DNA from: an uncultured Bacteroidales bacterium
GTDB lineage: Bacteria; Bacteroidota; Bacteroidia; Bacteroidales; WCHB1-69
Assembly: GCA_905233625.1 (NCBI GenBank)
Contig: CAJOFJ010000009.1
Span: forward strand, 14,492-78,491
Length of the DNA: 64,000 bases
Direction of reading: 5' to 3'
Within the stretch, counting starts at the first letter, position 1. Every line of letters starts with the position of its first letter. Shown one piece after another: positions 1 through 8,892 of the stretch. The translations under genes were made by a program, and so were the position numbers. The notes below the pieces were generated by a model that worked only from the letters and a program-made list of their open reading frames with translations, was not told the origin of the DNA and ran no database searches.

Positions 1-3000
1 GGTCATATCCAGGTTGAGGCGCCATACAGCGTACATGGTGACGTTGGAGTTAGCGCTATATTCTGCGCCCAAAGCGTAATTGTCGCCACTTTCACCAGCA
101 GCGGTGTTCCAACGATAGAGCGTGCTGTCGGTTTTGGTGAACAGATAATTGCCAGCGCCGTCAGTACCGTCAGACAGGGTGATGGTTTCGTCAACAGCCT
201 TGTACTGGTTAGGAATGGTACCTACACCACCGTTGTTATCATAGAAAATGGTGTAACCCTCTTGCCAGATCACATATAAAGTGGTGTCGGAAGACAGGAT
301 GATATTGTCACCGGGACGTAAGGTGTCGCCGAGAGCGTTGGCTTTGGTGTTCCATGCCAAGAAGGAGTGGTCGGGCAACCAGGTGAAATTACAGTTGTCC
401 ACAACGAGTGTACGTTCGGCTTCGGTACCGCTCTGTTTTACAAAGAGGGTATCCATGGTGCCGGAAGCGCCTGCTTCGTTTTTGTCGTAGTAGAGGAACC
501 AAGCCTTGGTAACGGTCCAGGTTTCAGGATTGGTGCCGTTAGCGAAAGCGGCGTAGCCGGGAGCGCAGGGCTCACCAGACACGTCTTTGCTGTATGTACC
601 ACCAGAGATGTTGAAGAAATCGCTGCTGGCATTGTCATCAACTTCACCAATATAGAGACCACTGGTAATGTCGAGTGTACCACTGGTGCAAGAAGGATCC
701 AGCTTAAATGCCTTGGCAGCGTTCACCGTATCTTCAGCGAAATTAATGACGGCTCCTGTTGTCATACCTGTTACATAGAAACCGGCTTCATCTGCGGTGA
801 AGTTGTTGTTGTTAACGGTCATTGGACCATAATTGTTCACAATACGAATACCGTATGTCACATCTTCTGTTTTACAGCCTGTCACCTCGAATTCCGGAGC
901 GCTCTGGAGGGTAGCCAAGCCCAATGCGTTTTTAGCGGTACAATTAATGATGTCAAGATTATAAACAGTACCTGCAATGGAGCTGATGGCATAAATACTT
1001 TTGTTGCTTCCATCGGCGTCGAAATCACAATTGCTGATGGTAACATTGTGTGAATAGTTCAGTACATTACCAAAGGCACAATTCTTACAGAAATAAATCA
1101 AACCTGATTCGTCAGCACTACCGTTGTCATCGTAGTATGTCGGATCGTATTTCATGTTCAAATTGTCGATAGTAACTGTATTGGGAGCGGTATGGTCGCC
1201 CACGTAAGCAGGAGTTTCTTGTCTGTTACTGATGAAAATCTGACCGGTCAGGGTGCTGTCATTACCATTGATGGTGATACTAATACCGTCTTTTTGCAGG
1301 ATTTTCACAATTTCGGAGGTGTTTTGTACCAAGTCGATAGTTACATCGCCGGTCAGGTTGTCGTTAGCGTAGTCAACTGCGGCCTGCAGGCTGGAGAAAG
1401 CCTTGCCACCCACGGTAGCCACGATGTTCCACTGGGCGTAGAGGGTAGTATCGGAAGAGATGACCATGGGATCGCCTTCCGCGTAGGTGTCACCAGTGCC
1501 GTCGGCTTTGGTATTCCAGTTGGTGAAGGTCGTTGTCCAGGTGAACTCATTGTTTTTCGTCGTGAAAGAGCTGTTGGGGAACGGGGCCACGTAGCTTGGC
1601 TCCATGGAGCCGTCGCCACCATTGGCGTCGTAGGTCACCCAGTACATCTTCAGTACGGTCCAGCCAGCGGGATAAGTATCCACATTCTTGTAGCAGCCGT
1701 AACCGGTGGCGCACTTGCTCTTGACATTGTTGGAGTCAGCCTCATCGTCAGCACCACCGAGGTTGGTGAATGTACCGCCTGTGAAGGCGAAAGTGGCCGC
1801 ATCAGTATTTTCTATTGAAATTTTGCCCTTGTACAGACCGCTAGTTGCGCCAATCACACCCGTAGTATTATGTTTTGAAATAATGGCCTTGGGTGCTGTG
1901 AACAAGTTGTCCGCCAAAATGAAAGTATCCGTAGTATTGGTCATTTCTTGGATTCGGATAGAATATTCACCATCCGCATTGCAGGTCAGCGTATCATTAG
2001 CTATGGTATATACGTTGGTAACACCAGGAATGTGGTTGCTGCCGCCACCACTGATGTTAATACCATTTTTCACATTGTCCGTAGCCGTACAGTTGGTGAT
2101 GACCATACCGCTTACGCTGACAGCCTGCACCAAGCTGTGGCAGTTCTTAGCAACAAGGTGATCGAGGGTGATATCCCAAGACTGTGCACCTGAAGGATCT
2201 CTGTATGCACACATACCACCTGAAATGCCAGTAGCACCACCATCAAATGTACAATTGCTTACGGTTACATGGGCAGCGTATGACAAATTATTTGTAGAGT
2301 TGCAAATAAAGCCTTTGGTTGCATCTCCATAGGTAAGACTTGTATTATAGGTGAAATTCAAATTGGTGATAGTAACTTCGCCCACGGGGTTGGGGAAAAT
2401 TCTATCGCCATCCACAAAGATACGTCCGTTCAAAGTGTCGTTATTACCTTCGATTGTATAATTCAATCCGGCTTTTTGAAGGATGGTCGCATCCTCTTCA
2501 AAATTTCTCAGGATTTCAATCGTCACATCGCCCGTCATTTCGTGAGCGGCATCCAAAGCGGCTTGGAGGGTCTGGTAGTAGGTGTCGCCGATCTTGGCAA
2601 CGGGGTCGCAGGAACCTTGCTTGAGGATTTGCACACCATCTATATATAATGTAGTACCCACAGAACCTGACTTGTTGTTCACCAAATTCGCGTAGCCAGT
2701 AACAGTTGAACTATTATTGATATAGCCGTTCACCGTGCAGTTATTGATGTACACCACGAAACAAGGAGTCTTACTATTAACCACTCCGCTGTTAATTTGT
2801 ATAGCGGAATTCGTTTCTGTTGTCACAGCAGGATCGGAGTTGAATGCACAATCATTAAACGCGATGACTCTATATGTTGTTGGAGAATCCCAATACACAT
2901 TGATGGCTTTGCAATTACCATTATTGTAACTGTTGAACGTACAGTTGTTGAAGGTGCAGTTGGAGCCGTAGGTCCACATGTGATATTTATCCGTTTTGGT

Positions 3001-4671
3001 AAAGGTACAGTAGTTGCAGATGAAGTTTTCTGCATAACCCATCATAAAGCCAAGAATTTCACAATCGTTGATGGTGACCTTATTGGCATGGATGATACCA
3101 CGGTAAACGTCCGTAGTATTGTCATTCTTCAGCGTAATGCTTTCAAAGGTAAGGTCTGCACCATAGGCCGCAGTTTGTGCATGAGCGGTATTGGTCAGCG
3201 TCAGGGTATCGGTAGCCGTTCCTGTGAAAGTGATGGTTTTGTCGGTAAGGTTGCTACCTGTAATGTCGTAGAAGTTCAGGTTTTGGAGAATGGTGATAGT
3301 GGTGGGAGTGCCAACGGGAACTGCGGCGGCAGCGGCATCGAGGGTGGCGTATGGAGTCGTGCCGATCTTGGCCACACCAATGTACTCAGTAGTATAGGTA
3401 TATGTACCGTCTCCATTATTAGCTTCATTTACCTGATATAAAGGAACAGCTTTAAAGAAATTGGTTTGTCCATCTACGGTGAAGGAAGCATTTTCACCCA
3501 ACAGCACGGCCACATTTTCAAAATTAATTGTAGCACCTCCGCAGGTAAATGATGCTAAATCGCCAGTCACGGACAATACTCCATTGGTAGCCGTACAATT
3601 TGTAAAAGTAATGGTACTATCTCCATTATCACCTCCCTTAACATACAGAGAAGTGATAGCAGGGTTCAAATTGCCATCATATGCAAAATTTTGCGTCATT
3701 TGAGTATATACTGTTGCGGGGCCACTTGCAGCAGCGGCATCCATTTGTGCCTTGGAGCCTACTAGTATCACTTGGTTAACAGTGGTAACACAGTTATTCC
3801 ACACAGCGGGATTCGCAGGAAAGAGTTCTGTGAAGTTCAGGTTGGTTACCAACACTCCATTTTTTTCACAATCTGTCAGTGTGAAACCAAAACCCGACGT
3901 TTGCGCGTAGATATCGAAATTGGCATCCATCGTGCATTCATTAAAAGTGGTGTTTACGTAAGAGGCTACACAGTCATAACCTGAATTCGCTTTGCTGAAA
4001 GTAACATTTGTAAATGTCACTTGGTCTACTCCGCTGTATGAAGTCCATCCGTGCAAGGCACCGCCAGTAACGGTGACAGTACCACCGCTACCACCATCGA
4101 TATTGAAAGGATAAACAGCGTCAATATCACAGTTGTTAATTACGATATTGGCACTGCAACTTTCGCGCAAAACGCCGCGGAATGATCCACTGATAGTGGA
4201 GTTGCTTACGGTAAAGGTTTGGGTATCATTTAATGTTTCTACCAAGATGGAGGAGTTCCACGTGGAAGTACCACCTTTCTTCATGATAACGTTGTCGATA
4301 AGCACACCATCGGCACGCACATTTACCAGAGTTTTGTAGCCACCGGAAGTGACTTGAGTACCATCAATAGTCATGTCCTTCAGGGTGACATTGGCATTGT
4401 TAATGGTCAGACCTGAGCCGCTGGTGCTTTCAATCAGCATCGTCGTTGCAGTTTTTCCCTGGCCTTTGATGGTAATGCCAGCAGGAATAACGGTAGTGTT
4501 GGTAATGCCGCAGTTTGCGACAATGATTTCAACAACGTCACCGCTGGTAGCAGCTGCGATGGCCTCTTCCAGAGTCGGATACTCTGTCGTGCCGATTTTG
4601 GCCTCATTTTGTGCAAATGACATTCCCGCGCTGAGCAGGAAAAGTGTCAGAAAAAATAGAATTTTTTTCAT
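1..4671 (-). CDS. Giant secreted surface protein; N-terminus complete, C-terminus runs off the window (>=1557 aa): signal peptide, four beta-helix-like modules, Listeria-Bacteroides (InlB B-repeat type) repeats
   Basis: Not in the supplied track because no stop lies inside the window. Splitting positions 1-4680 into plus-strand triplets from position 1 shows no tta/cta/tca, so the minus frame is open for 1557 codons up to the ATG (cat at 4669-4671). The N-terminus MKKILFFLTLFLLSAGMSFAQ is signal-peptide-like. Four modules each open with an AKIG..Y.TL..A motif followed by NCT/NxT-rich turns. Three repeats end in TLYAQW, TLYVIW and TMYAVW. Confidence 0.85.
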   Translation of the reverse strand, partial: MKKILFFLTLFLLSAGMSFAQNEAKIGTTEYPTLEEAIAAATSGDVVEIIVANCGITNTTVIPAGITIKGQGKTATTMLIESTSGSGLTINNANVTLKDMTIDGTQVTSGGYKTLVNVRADGVLIDNVIMKKGGTSTWNSSILVETLNDTQTFTVSNSTISGSFRGVLRESCSANIVINNCDIDAVYPFNIDGGSGGTVTVTGGALHGWTSYSGVDQVTFTNVTFSKANSGYDCVASYVNTTFNECTMDANFDIYAQTSGFGFTLTDCEKNGVLVTNLNFTELFPANPAVWNNCVTTVNQVILVGSKAQMDAAAASGPATVYTQMTQNFAYDGNLNPAITSLYVKGGDNGDSTITFTNCTATNGVLSVTGDLASFTCGGATINFENVAVLLGENASFTVDGQTNFFKAVPLYQVNEANNGDGTYTYTTEYIGVAKIGTTPYATLDAAAAAVPVGTPTTITILQNLNFYDITGSNLTDKTITFTGTATDTLTLTNTAHAQTAAYGADLTFESITLKNDNTTDVYRGIIHANKVTINDCEILGFMMGYAENFICNYCTFTKTDKYHMWTYGSNCTFNNCTFNSYNNGNCKAINVYWDSPTTYRVIAFNDCAFNSDPAVTTETNSAIQINSGVVNSKTPCFVVYINNCTVNGYINNSSTVTGYANLVNNKSGSVGTTLYIDGVQILKQGSCDPVAKIGDTYYQTLQAALDAAHEMTGDVTIEILRNFEEDATILQKAGLNYTIEGNNDTLNGRIFVDGDRIFPNPVGEVTITNLNFTYNTSLTYGDATKGFICNSTNNLSYAAHVTVSNCTFDGGATGISGGMCAYRDPSGAQSWDITLDHLVAKNCHSLVQAVSVSGMVITNCTATDNVKNGINISGGGSNHIPGVTNVYTIANDTLTCNADGEYSIRIQEMTNTTDTFILADNLFTAPKAIISKHNTTGVIGATSGLYKGKISIENTDAATFAFTGGTFTNLGGADDEADSNNVKSKCATGYGCYKNVDTYPAGWTVLKMYWVTYDANGGDGSMEPSYVAPFPNSSFTTKNNEFTWTTTFTNWNTKADGTGDTYAEGDPMVISSDTTLYAQWNIVATVGGKAFSSLQAAVDYANDNLTGDVTIDLVQNTSEIVKILQKDGISITINGNDSTLTGQIFISNRQETPAYVGDHTAPNTVTIDNLNMKYDPTYYDDNGSADESGLIYFCKNCAFGNVLNYSHNVTISNCDFDADGSNKSIYAISSIAGTVYNLDIINCTAKNALGLATLQSAPEFEVTGCKTEDVTYGIRIVNNYGPMTVNNNNFTADEAGFYVTGMTTGAVINFAEDTVNAAKAFKLDPSCTSGTLDITSGLYIGEVDDNASSDFFNISGGTYSKDVSGEPCAPGYAAFANGTNPETWTVTKAWFLYYDKNEAGASGTMDTLFVKQSGTEAERTLVVDNCNFTWLPDHSFLAWNTKANALGDTLRPGDNIILSSDTTLYVIWQEGYTIFYDNNGGVGTIPNQYKAVDETITLSDGTDGAGNYLFTKTDSTLYRWNTAAGESGDNYALGAEYSANSNVTMYAVWRLNLDMT

Positions 4672-5293
4672 TGTAATTTGTTTTTGATTATTATTTGTTG
4701 TTTTTCGTTTTTTTGTCTTTTTTCACAGCCTTAAAATACCTAATTAAATCAAAAAGGTATCCTAAATATATCATAAACTGTCATTTTTCGTGTGAAAAAT
4801 GCGCATTTTTATTTTTAATATGCTTGTGTAAATATCTCTAAAACAGTATGTTAAATTTTACAATTATTCAATCTCTACTATACATCAATCAAAACAAAAA
4901 TAGAACATTTTTCAGTACAAAATTCAATTTTTTATAAAAATAACTAACATTTCATATAAGTTGTTGAAATACAATAAAATAATTTGATTTATTGTTTTTT
5001 CTTCGGAATTATTATATTCTCGCCTTGTTTGAATATAAGTGTATGAAACCGATTTGTGTGCTGAAGGCACATTCTTTCATGATTCATATCAAAACGCAAT
5101 ATAAATTTCATTTTTTGTTGTCTTTCAATAAAATGAATGTGCATATCAATAAGTTATTGCACCAGTATTAGTCATAAAAAACAAAAACATCAATAACATA
5201 CTTCGGGCGAATCAAATGGAAAATAGAATGATAAAATCAAAAATAATTTTCAAAATATTTTTCAACAATTATGTTTTGTATTAAATTGTTTTG

Positions 5294-5301
5294 TATTTTT
5301 G
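5294..5301 (+). promoter_or_regulatory. Bacteroidota sigma-A type -7 box (TATTTTTG = TAnnTTTG)
   Basis: Consensus TAnnTTTG lies 20 nt upstream of the ATG at 5321. The same TTGTATTTTTGCAG context recurs at 10121. Confidence 0.5.
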
Positions 5302-5320
5302 CAGCGAAAAGATCTAAAAA

Positions 5321-5920
5321 ATGAATGGAATTATGAAAGAATCAACGACACAAACAAAAAAAACGCCTTCATGGGAGGAGATAAGAGATTTGATTTCTGC
5401 CACTTCCGAGCAAATGAAGGAGACCGACCGAAGGTTGCAGGAGACAGATCGCATTGTGCAGGAAACCGCCAAACAACTCAAAGAAAGTAACAATCGATAT
5501 GACGGTTTTGCCAACGAGTTTGGCAAGATGGTGGAGGACTTGTGCAAACCGGCGGCTCTGGAAATTTTCAAGAAAGAAGTTCCTGGTATTGACCATATTT
5601 ATGAGGGACCCCGACACATGAGAAAGGACGAGGAGGAAATGGAGGTGGATATGCTGCTATGCAACTCTACGGCTGCTGTGGCTGTTGAAGTCAAGACTAC
5701 CTGTTTCAAGAAGGACATTGACCACTTCCTCAAGCAGATGAGAAATTTCAAAACCTTGTTCCATGAATTCAAAAACAAAACCTTGTATTTAGCCATCGCT
5801 GCCATGCGTTATGCCAACGGCTCGGACAAATATGCCCAGCGAAAAGGACTATACGTACTGACTCCCCACAGCGACGGATTATTCTCCATGGAGAGACCGA
5901 GAAACAGAAAAGAATTCTGA
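5321..5920 (+). CDS. Coiled-coil (DUF3782-like) plus PD-(D/E)XK nuclease-fold protein
   Basis: 199-aa ORF. N-terminal ETDRRLQETDRIVQETAKQLKE repeats are followed by a D...EVK core (MEVDMLLCNSTAAVAVEVKT), as in restriction-endonuclease-like folds. Confidence 0.55.
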   Translation: MNGIMKESTTQTKKTPSWEEIRDLISATSEQMKETDRRLQETDRIVQETAKQLKESNNRYDGFANEFGKMVEDLCKPAALEIFKKEVPGIDHIYEGPRHMRKDEEEMEVDMLLCNSTAAVAVEVKTTCFKKDIDHFLKQMRNFKTLFHEFKNKTLYLAIAAMRYANGSDKYAQRKGLYVLTPHSDGLFSMERPRNRKEF

Positions 5921-6068
5921 AATAAAGTAAAAAGTGAACCAATACTGACCAATGTACAATCGCCAACTTTTCGGAGTTTTGGAACAATTTTTTGCAAAAC
6001 ATGAAGGCGGAAAATCGGCTTTGGGAAGAAGGTGGTTTTTTGTGATGCCGTCTGTTTGACGCGGTATT

Positions 6069-6110
6069 TAAAAAACAAAAATCAGCAAAGTGTGTTTGGA
6101 ACTTGCTGAT
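6069..6110 (-). terminator. Rho-independent terminator downstream of tRNA-Ser
   Basis: Stem atcagcaa (6081-6088) pairs with ttgctgat (6103-6110). On the minus strand it is followed by TTTTGTTTTTTA (plus-strand A-run 6069-6080). Confidence 0.65.
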
Positions 6111-6133
6111 TCTGATTGTTTTGCATAGTGCTG

Positions 6134-6218
6134 CGGAGAGAGAGGGATTCGAACCCCCGGACCCGTGAGGGTCAACGGTTTTCAAGACCGCCGCAATCGA
6201 CCACTCTGCCATCTCTCC
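6134..6218 (-). tRNA. tRNA-Ser (anticodon TGA), class II with long variable arm
   Basis: Minus-strand sequence GGAGAGATGGCAGAGTGGTCGATTGCGGCGGTCTTGAAAACCGTTGACCCTCACGGGTCCGGGGGTTCGAATCCCTCTCTCTCCG. It has a 7-bp acceptor stem GGAGAGA/TCTCTCC, anticodon loop CTTGAAA, a T-loop TTCGAAT and a long variable arm. Confidence 0.9.
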
Positions 6219-6261
6219 GCCGGCAAAGTTATTGAATTTTTTTTTGAGAGATTATTATGTA

Positions 6262-6438
6262 GGGACGGGGAGACGCTCGCTGTGCTCGCTCGGGGAGTCA
6301 CTCGCTGCGCTCGTTCGTTAAGTCGTTCACTGCGTTCGCTCGGTTATACGATATCGTATTTCCGTCTTCCCGAGTACACGCAGTGTACGTCTCCACGAAT
6401 GCACGCAGTGCATGTCTCCCCGTATAACCGTATAACCG
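6262..6438. repeat. Palindromic array of GGGGAG(A/T)C-spaced ~25-nt bricks around a perfect ATACGATATCGTAT centre
   Basis: Three tandem units GGGGAGNC+NCTCGCTGNGCTCGNTC sit on the left. Inverted units (…CACGCAGTG…GTCTCC(CC)) sit on the right. The core GTTCGCTCGGTTATACGATATCGT is shared with 13520-13553. Confidence 0.8.
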
Positions 6439-6440
6439 AA

Positions 6441-7142
6441 CTACCGGAAGTCCTCAATCTTCCCCATATCTTTCCAATACCCTTCATTATGCAGGTAGCC
6501 CTTGAGATTGTGGTTTCGTGCCAAATCAACATATATCGGGGTGATGGACTGCTTCTCGGCAGAAGGGATCAGGTCTAACAGCTCTTTATGTATAATATGG
6601 ATGCCGCTGAAGGCAAGCTCTTGGTAGTTGGCGGCGGCTTGCGAGATGATTTCCTCGCCGGTTTTGTCATTGCGCCAGCCGCAAAGCCTCATTTCCTCGT
6701 CAAATAGGAAATAACGGCTGGTTTTGCGCTGTCGCACTACCAGGGTCGCCAGCGATTCATTTTTTTCGTGGTAAGCAATCAGTTGTTTCAGGTCTAGGTC
6801 AGACAGGATATCCACATTGTGCAGCAGGATGTTTTCACTGTCGGCCAACAATGGTGCGGCAAATTTCAGTCCGCCGCCAGTGTCCCTCAGATAGTCGCGT
6901 TCGTCGGAAATTTCAATCTCCGCCTCGTAAGGATGTTCTTTCAGGTAGTTGATAATCAGATCGGGGAAATGATGCACATTGACGACAATGTGCCAAATGC
7001 CAGCCTTGATGATTTTACGGAGCACATGGTCCAAGAGAGGTTTTCCTTGGAATTCAACCAAGGCTTTGGGCTTGTCGGCGGTGAGCGGATACAGGCGTGT
7101 GCCCAGTCCCGCTGCAAATATCATGGCAGAAATTTTCTTCAT
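6441..7142 (-). CDS. Sugar-phosphate nucleotidyltransferase family protein (MurU/GlmU-N-like)
   Basis: 233 aa. The N-terminal MIFAAGLGTRLYPLTADKPKALV is the G-x-G-T-R-L nucleotidyltransferase signature. Confidence 0.75.
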   Translation of the reverse strand: MKKISAMIFAAGLGTRLYPLTADKPKALVEFQGKPLLDHVLRKIIKAGIWHIVVNVHHFPDLIINYLKEHPYEAEIEISDERDYLRDTGGGLKFAAPLLADSENILLHNVDILSDLDLKQLIAYHEKNESLATLVVRQRKTSRYFLFDEEMRLCGWRNDKTGEEIISQAAANYQELAFSGIHIIHKELLDLIPSAEKQSITPIYVDLARNHNLKGYLHNEGYWKDMGKIEDFR

Positions 7143-7151
7143 CCGTATAAA

Positions 7152-8888
7152 TTATTCTTGTTCGTTTTGCAATTCCTTGGCATTCAGATTGTTCATGAAA
7201 TTGTCTTCAATTTTGGTGAATCTTCGGAGGGTACGGCGCGAGAAGAGGAAAAGCAACACGATGGCAATGCCTAAGAGGAAAATCACAAACTTGGTGAATC
7301 TGAAAGATTTGGATAAAATGACCATCACGAAGAAACCGGCGATGATAATCCTCAACACCGTCCATGCGACAATGCCCACACGGTTCAGCTGGTTTTCTCG
7401 CCAAAGCTGCGCATACAGGGCCTGGGTGGAATGCTTATTGCTCATCAGTCCGTACAGGAAGGGCGAGATGAAAGTCAACAATATCACTGCATTGATGGTG
7501 TTAATGAGAACCTCCGGCATGTGTCCTGAGAGCAGATTGTTCATGAAAGGATAGAAAAATTGGAAAGCGACAAAGGTGATGGAAAAGCAAAGAATGCCGA
7601 AAATGGCGGTTCGCAAGAGTGATTTTTTCAAGATTGTGCCCCAAGCGCCTGGGGTGCGGTTGTTATTGCCAACCAGACTGTACTCATCCAAGGTCTTTTT
7701 GACATTTGCCGGTAGTTTTCGCTCCACAAATCGTGTGAACGGATCGGCCAAACGGATGCAGTAGGGCGTGGTGAAAGTAGTGATGACCGATACCGCCACA
7801 ATGACGGGGTAGATGTAGTTGCTCAGCACGCCCAACGACACACCCAGGGAGGCGATGATGAAGGCGAACTCACCGATTTGCGACAGACTGAAGCCGGTCT
7901 TGACAGATACATTCAGCGACTCACCGGCCACCAGGACACTGCCTGCGGAAATGAAAGCCTTGACTACCAGTGTGATGAGGGTTAAAAAGAGGATGGGTTT
8001 CCAGTAATTGACCAAAATTGTGGGATCAACCATCATACCGACCGACACGAAGAAAATAGCGCCAAAAAGGTCTTTGGTGCCTTTGGTAATCTTCTCAATA
8101 TGTTCACTTTCAATGGTTTCGCATAGAATGGAGCCCATCACAAAGGCTCCCAAAGCGGAAGAAAAACCAACGTAATTGGCGAAGACCACCATGCCGAAAC
8201 AAAGTCCGATGGAAATGATGAGCAGAGTTTCGTCGTTGATGTATCTTTTGGCTTTCCGGAAGAAAGTTGGGATAATGGCGATACCCACCACAAACCATAA
8301 AATCAAGAAGAATGTCAGTTTAGCGATAACTGCCAACATCTCTTGTCCATGGAATTGCCGTGAGGCTGCGGCGGTGGAAAGCAACACCATCATCACAATG
8401 GCGACAATGTCCTGGATGATCAGGATGACCATAGTAAGGTCGGCAAAAGGCTCTTTTTTCAGCTTTAAATCTTCAAAGGCCTTGATAATGATGGTGGTGG
8501 ACGACATGGCCAGCATACCGCCGAGGAAGATGCATTCCATCAGGCTCCAATGCATTAGATAACCCGACAAGGCACCTATGCCTATCATCAGCACAATTTC
8601 GATGGCCGCTGCGATAATGGCGGTACTGCCCATTTTCAGCAGTTTTTTGAAGCTGAATTCCAAACCCAAGGCGAACATGAGGAAGATGATGCCTATTTCC
8701 GACCACTCTTCAATACTGTTGGTGTCGAAAACGGTTGGAAACAAACCGAAATGCGGTCCCACAATGAAACCGGCAACGATATAACCTAAGACCAATGGCT
8801 GTTTCAGCAGTTTAAAAATGATAGTGATGACACCCGCTGAAATCAATATCAGCGCCAGGTCTTCCACCAAGTTCATGTTTTCTCCCAT
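7152..8888 (-). CDS. Cation:proton antiporter (CPA2/Kef-type Na+/H+ exchanger family)
   Basis: 578 aa and polytopic. The N-terminus LALILISAGVITIIFKLLKQPLVLGYIVAGFIVGP is typical of the family. Confidence 0.75.
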   Translation of the reverse strand: MGENMNLVEDLALILISAGVITIIFKLLKQPLVLGYIVAGFIVGPHFGLFPTVFDTNSIEEWSEIGIIFLMFALGLEFSFKKLLKMGSTAIIAAAIEIVLMIGIGALSGYLMHWSLMECIFLGGMLAMSSTTIIIKAFEDLKLKKEPFADLTMVILIIQDIVAIVMMVLLSTAAASRQFHGQEMLAVIAKLTFFLILWFVVGIAIIPTFFRKAKRYINDETLLIISIGLCFGMVVFANYVGFSSALGAFVMGSILCETIESEHIEKITKGTKDLFGAIFFVSVGMMVDPTILVNYWKPILFLTLITLVVKAFISAGSVLVAGESLNVSVKTGFSLSQIGEFAFIIASLGVSLGVLSNYIYPVIVAVSVITTFTTPYCIRLADPFTRFVERKLPANVKKTLDEYSLVGNNNRTPGAWGTILKKSLLRTAIFGILCFSITFVAFQFFYPFMNNLLSGHMPEVLINTINAVILLTFISPFLYGLMSNKHSTQALYAQLWRENQLNRVGIVAWTVLRIIIAGFFVMVILSKSFRFTKFVIFLLGIAIVLLFLFSRRTLRRFTKIEDNFMNNLNAKELQNEQE

Positions 8889-8892
8889 AAAT

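Noticed and set aside
281-4687. Many plus-strand ORFs of 60-228 aa (for example 367..1053, 1192..1818, 2797..3441) and minus-strand ORFs in another frame.
   Set aside because: They are shadow frames of the single 1557-codon minus-strand ORF (4671 to 1). Their sequences are low-complexity and lack starts with promoter support.
5769-6212. 147-aa minus-strand ORF, plus 5809..6078 and 6165..6578.
   Set aside because: They overlap tRNA-Ser, its terminator and the brick repeat. Their products are repeat-derived and not protein-like.
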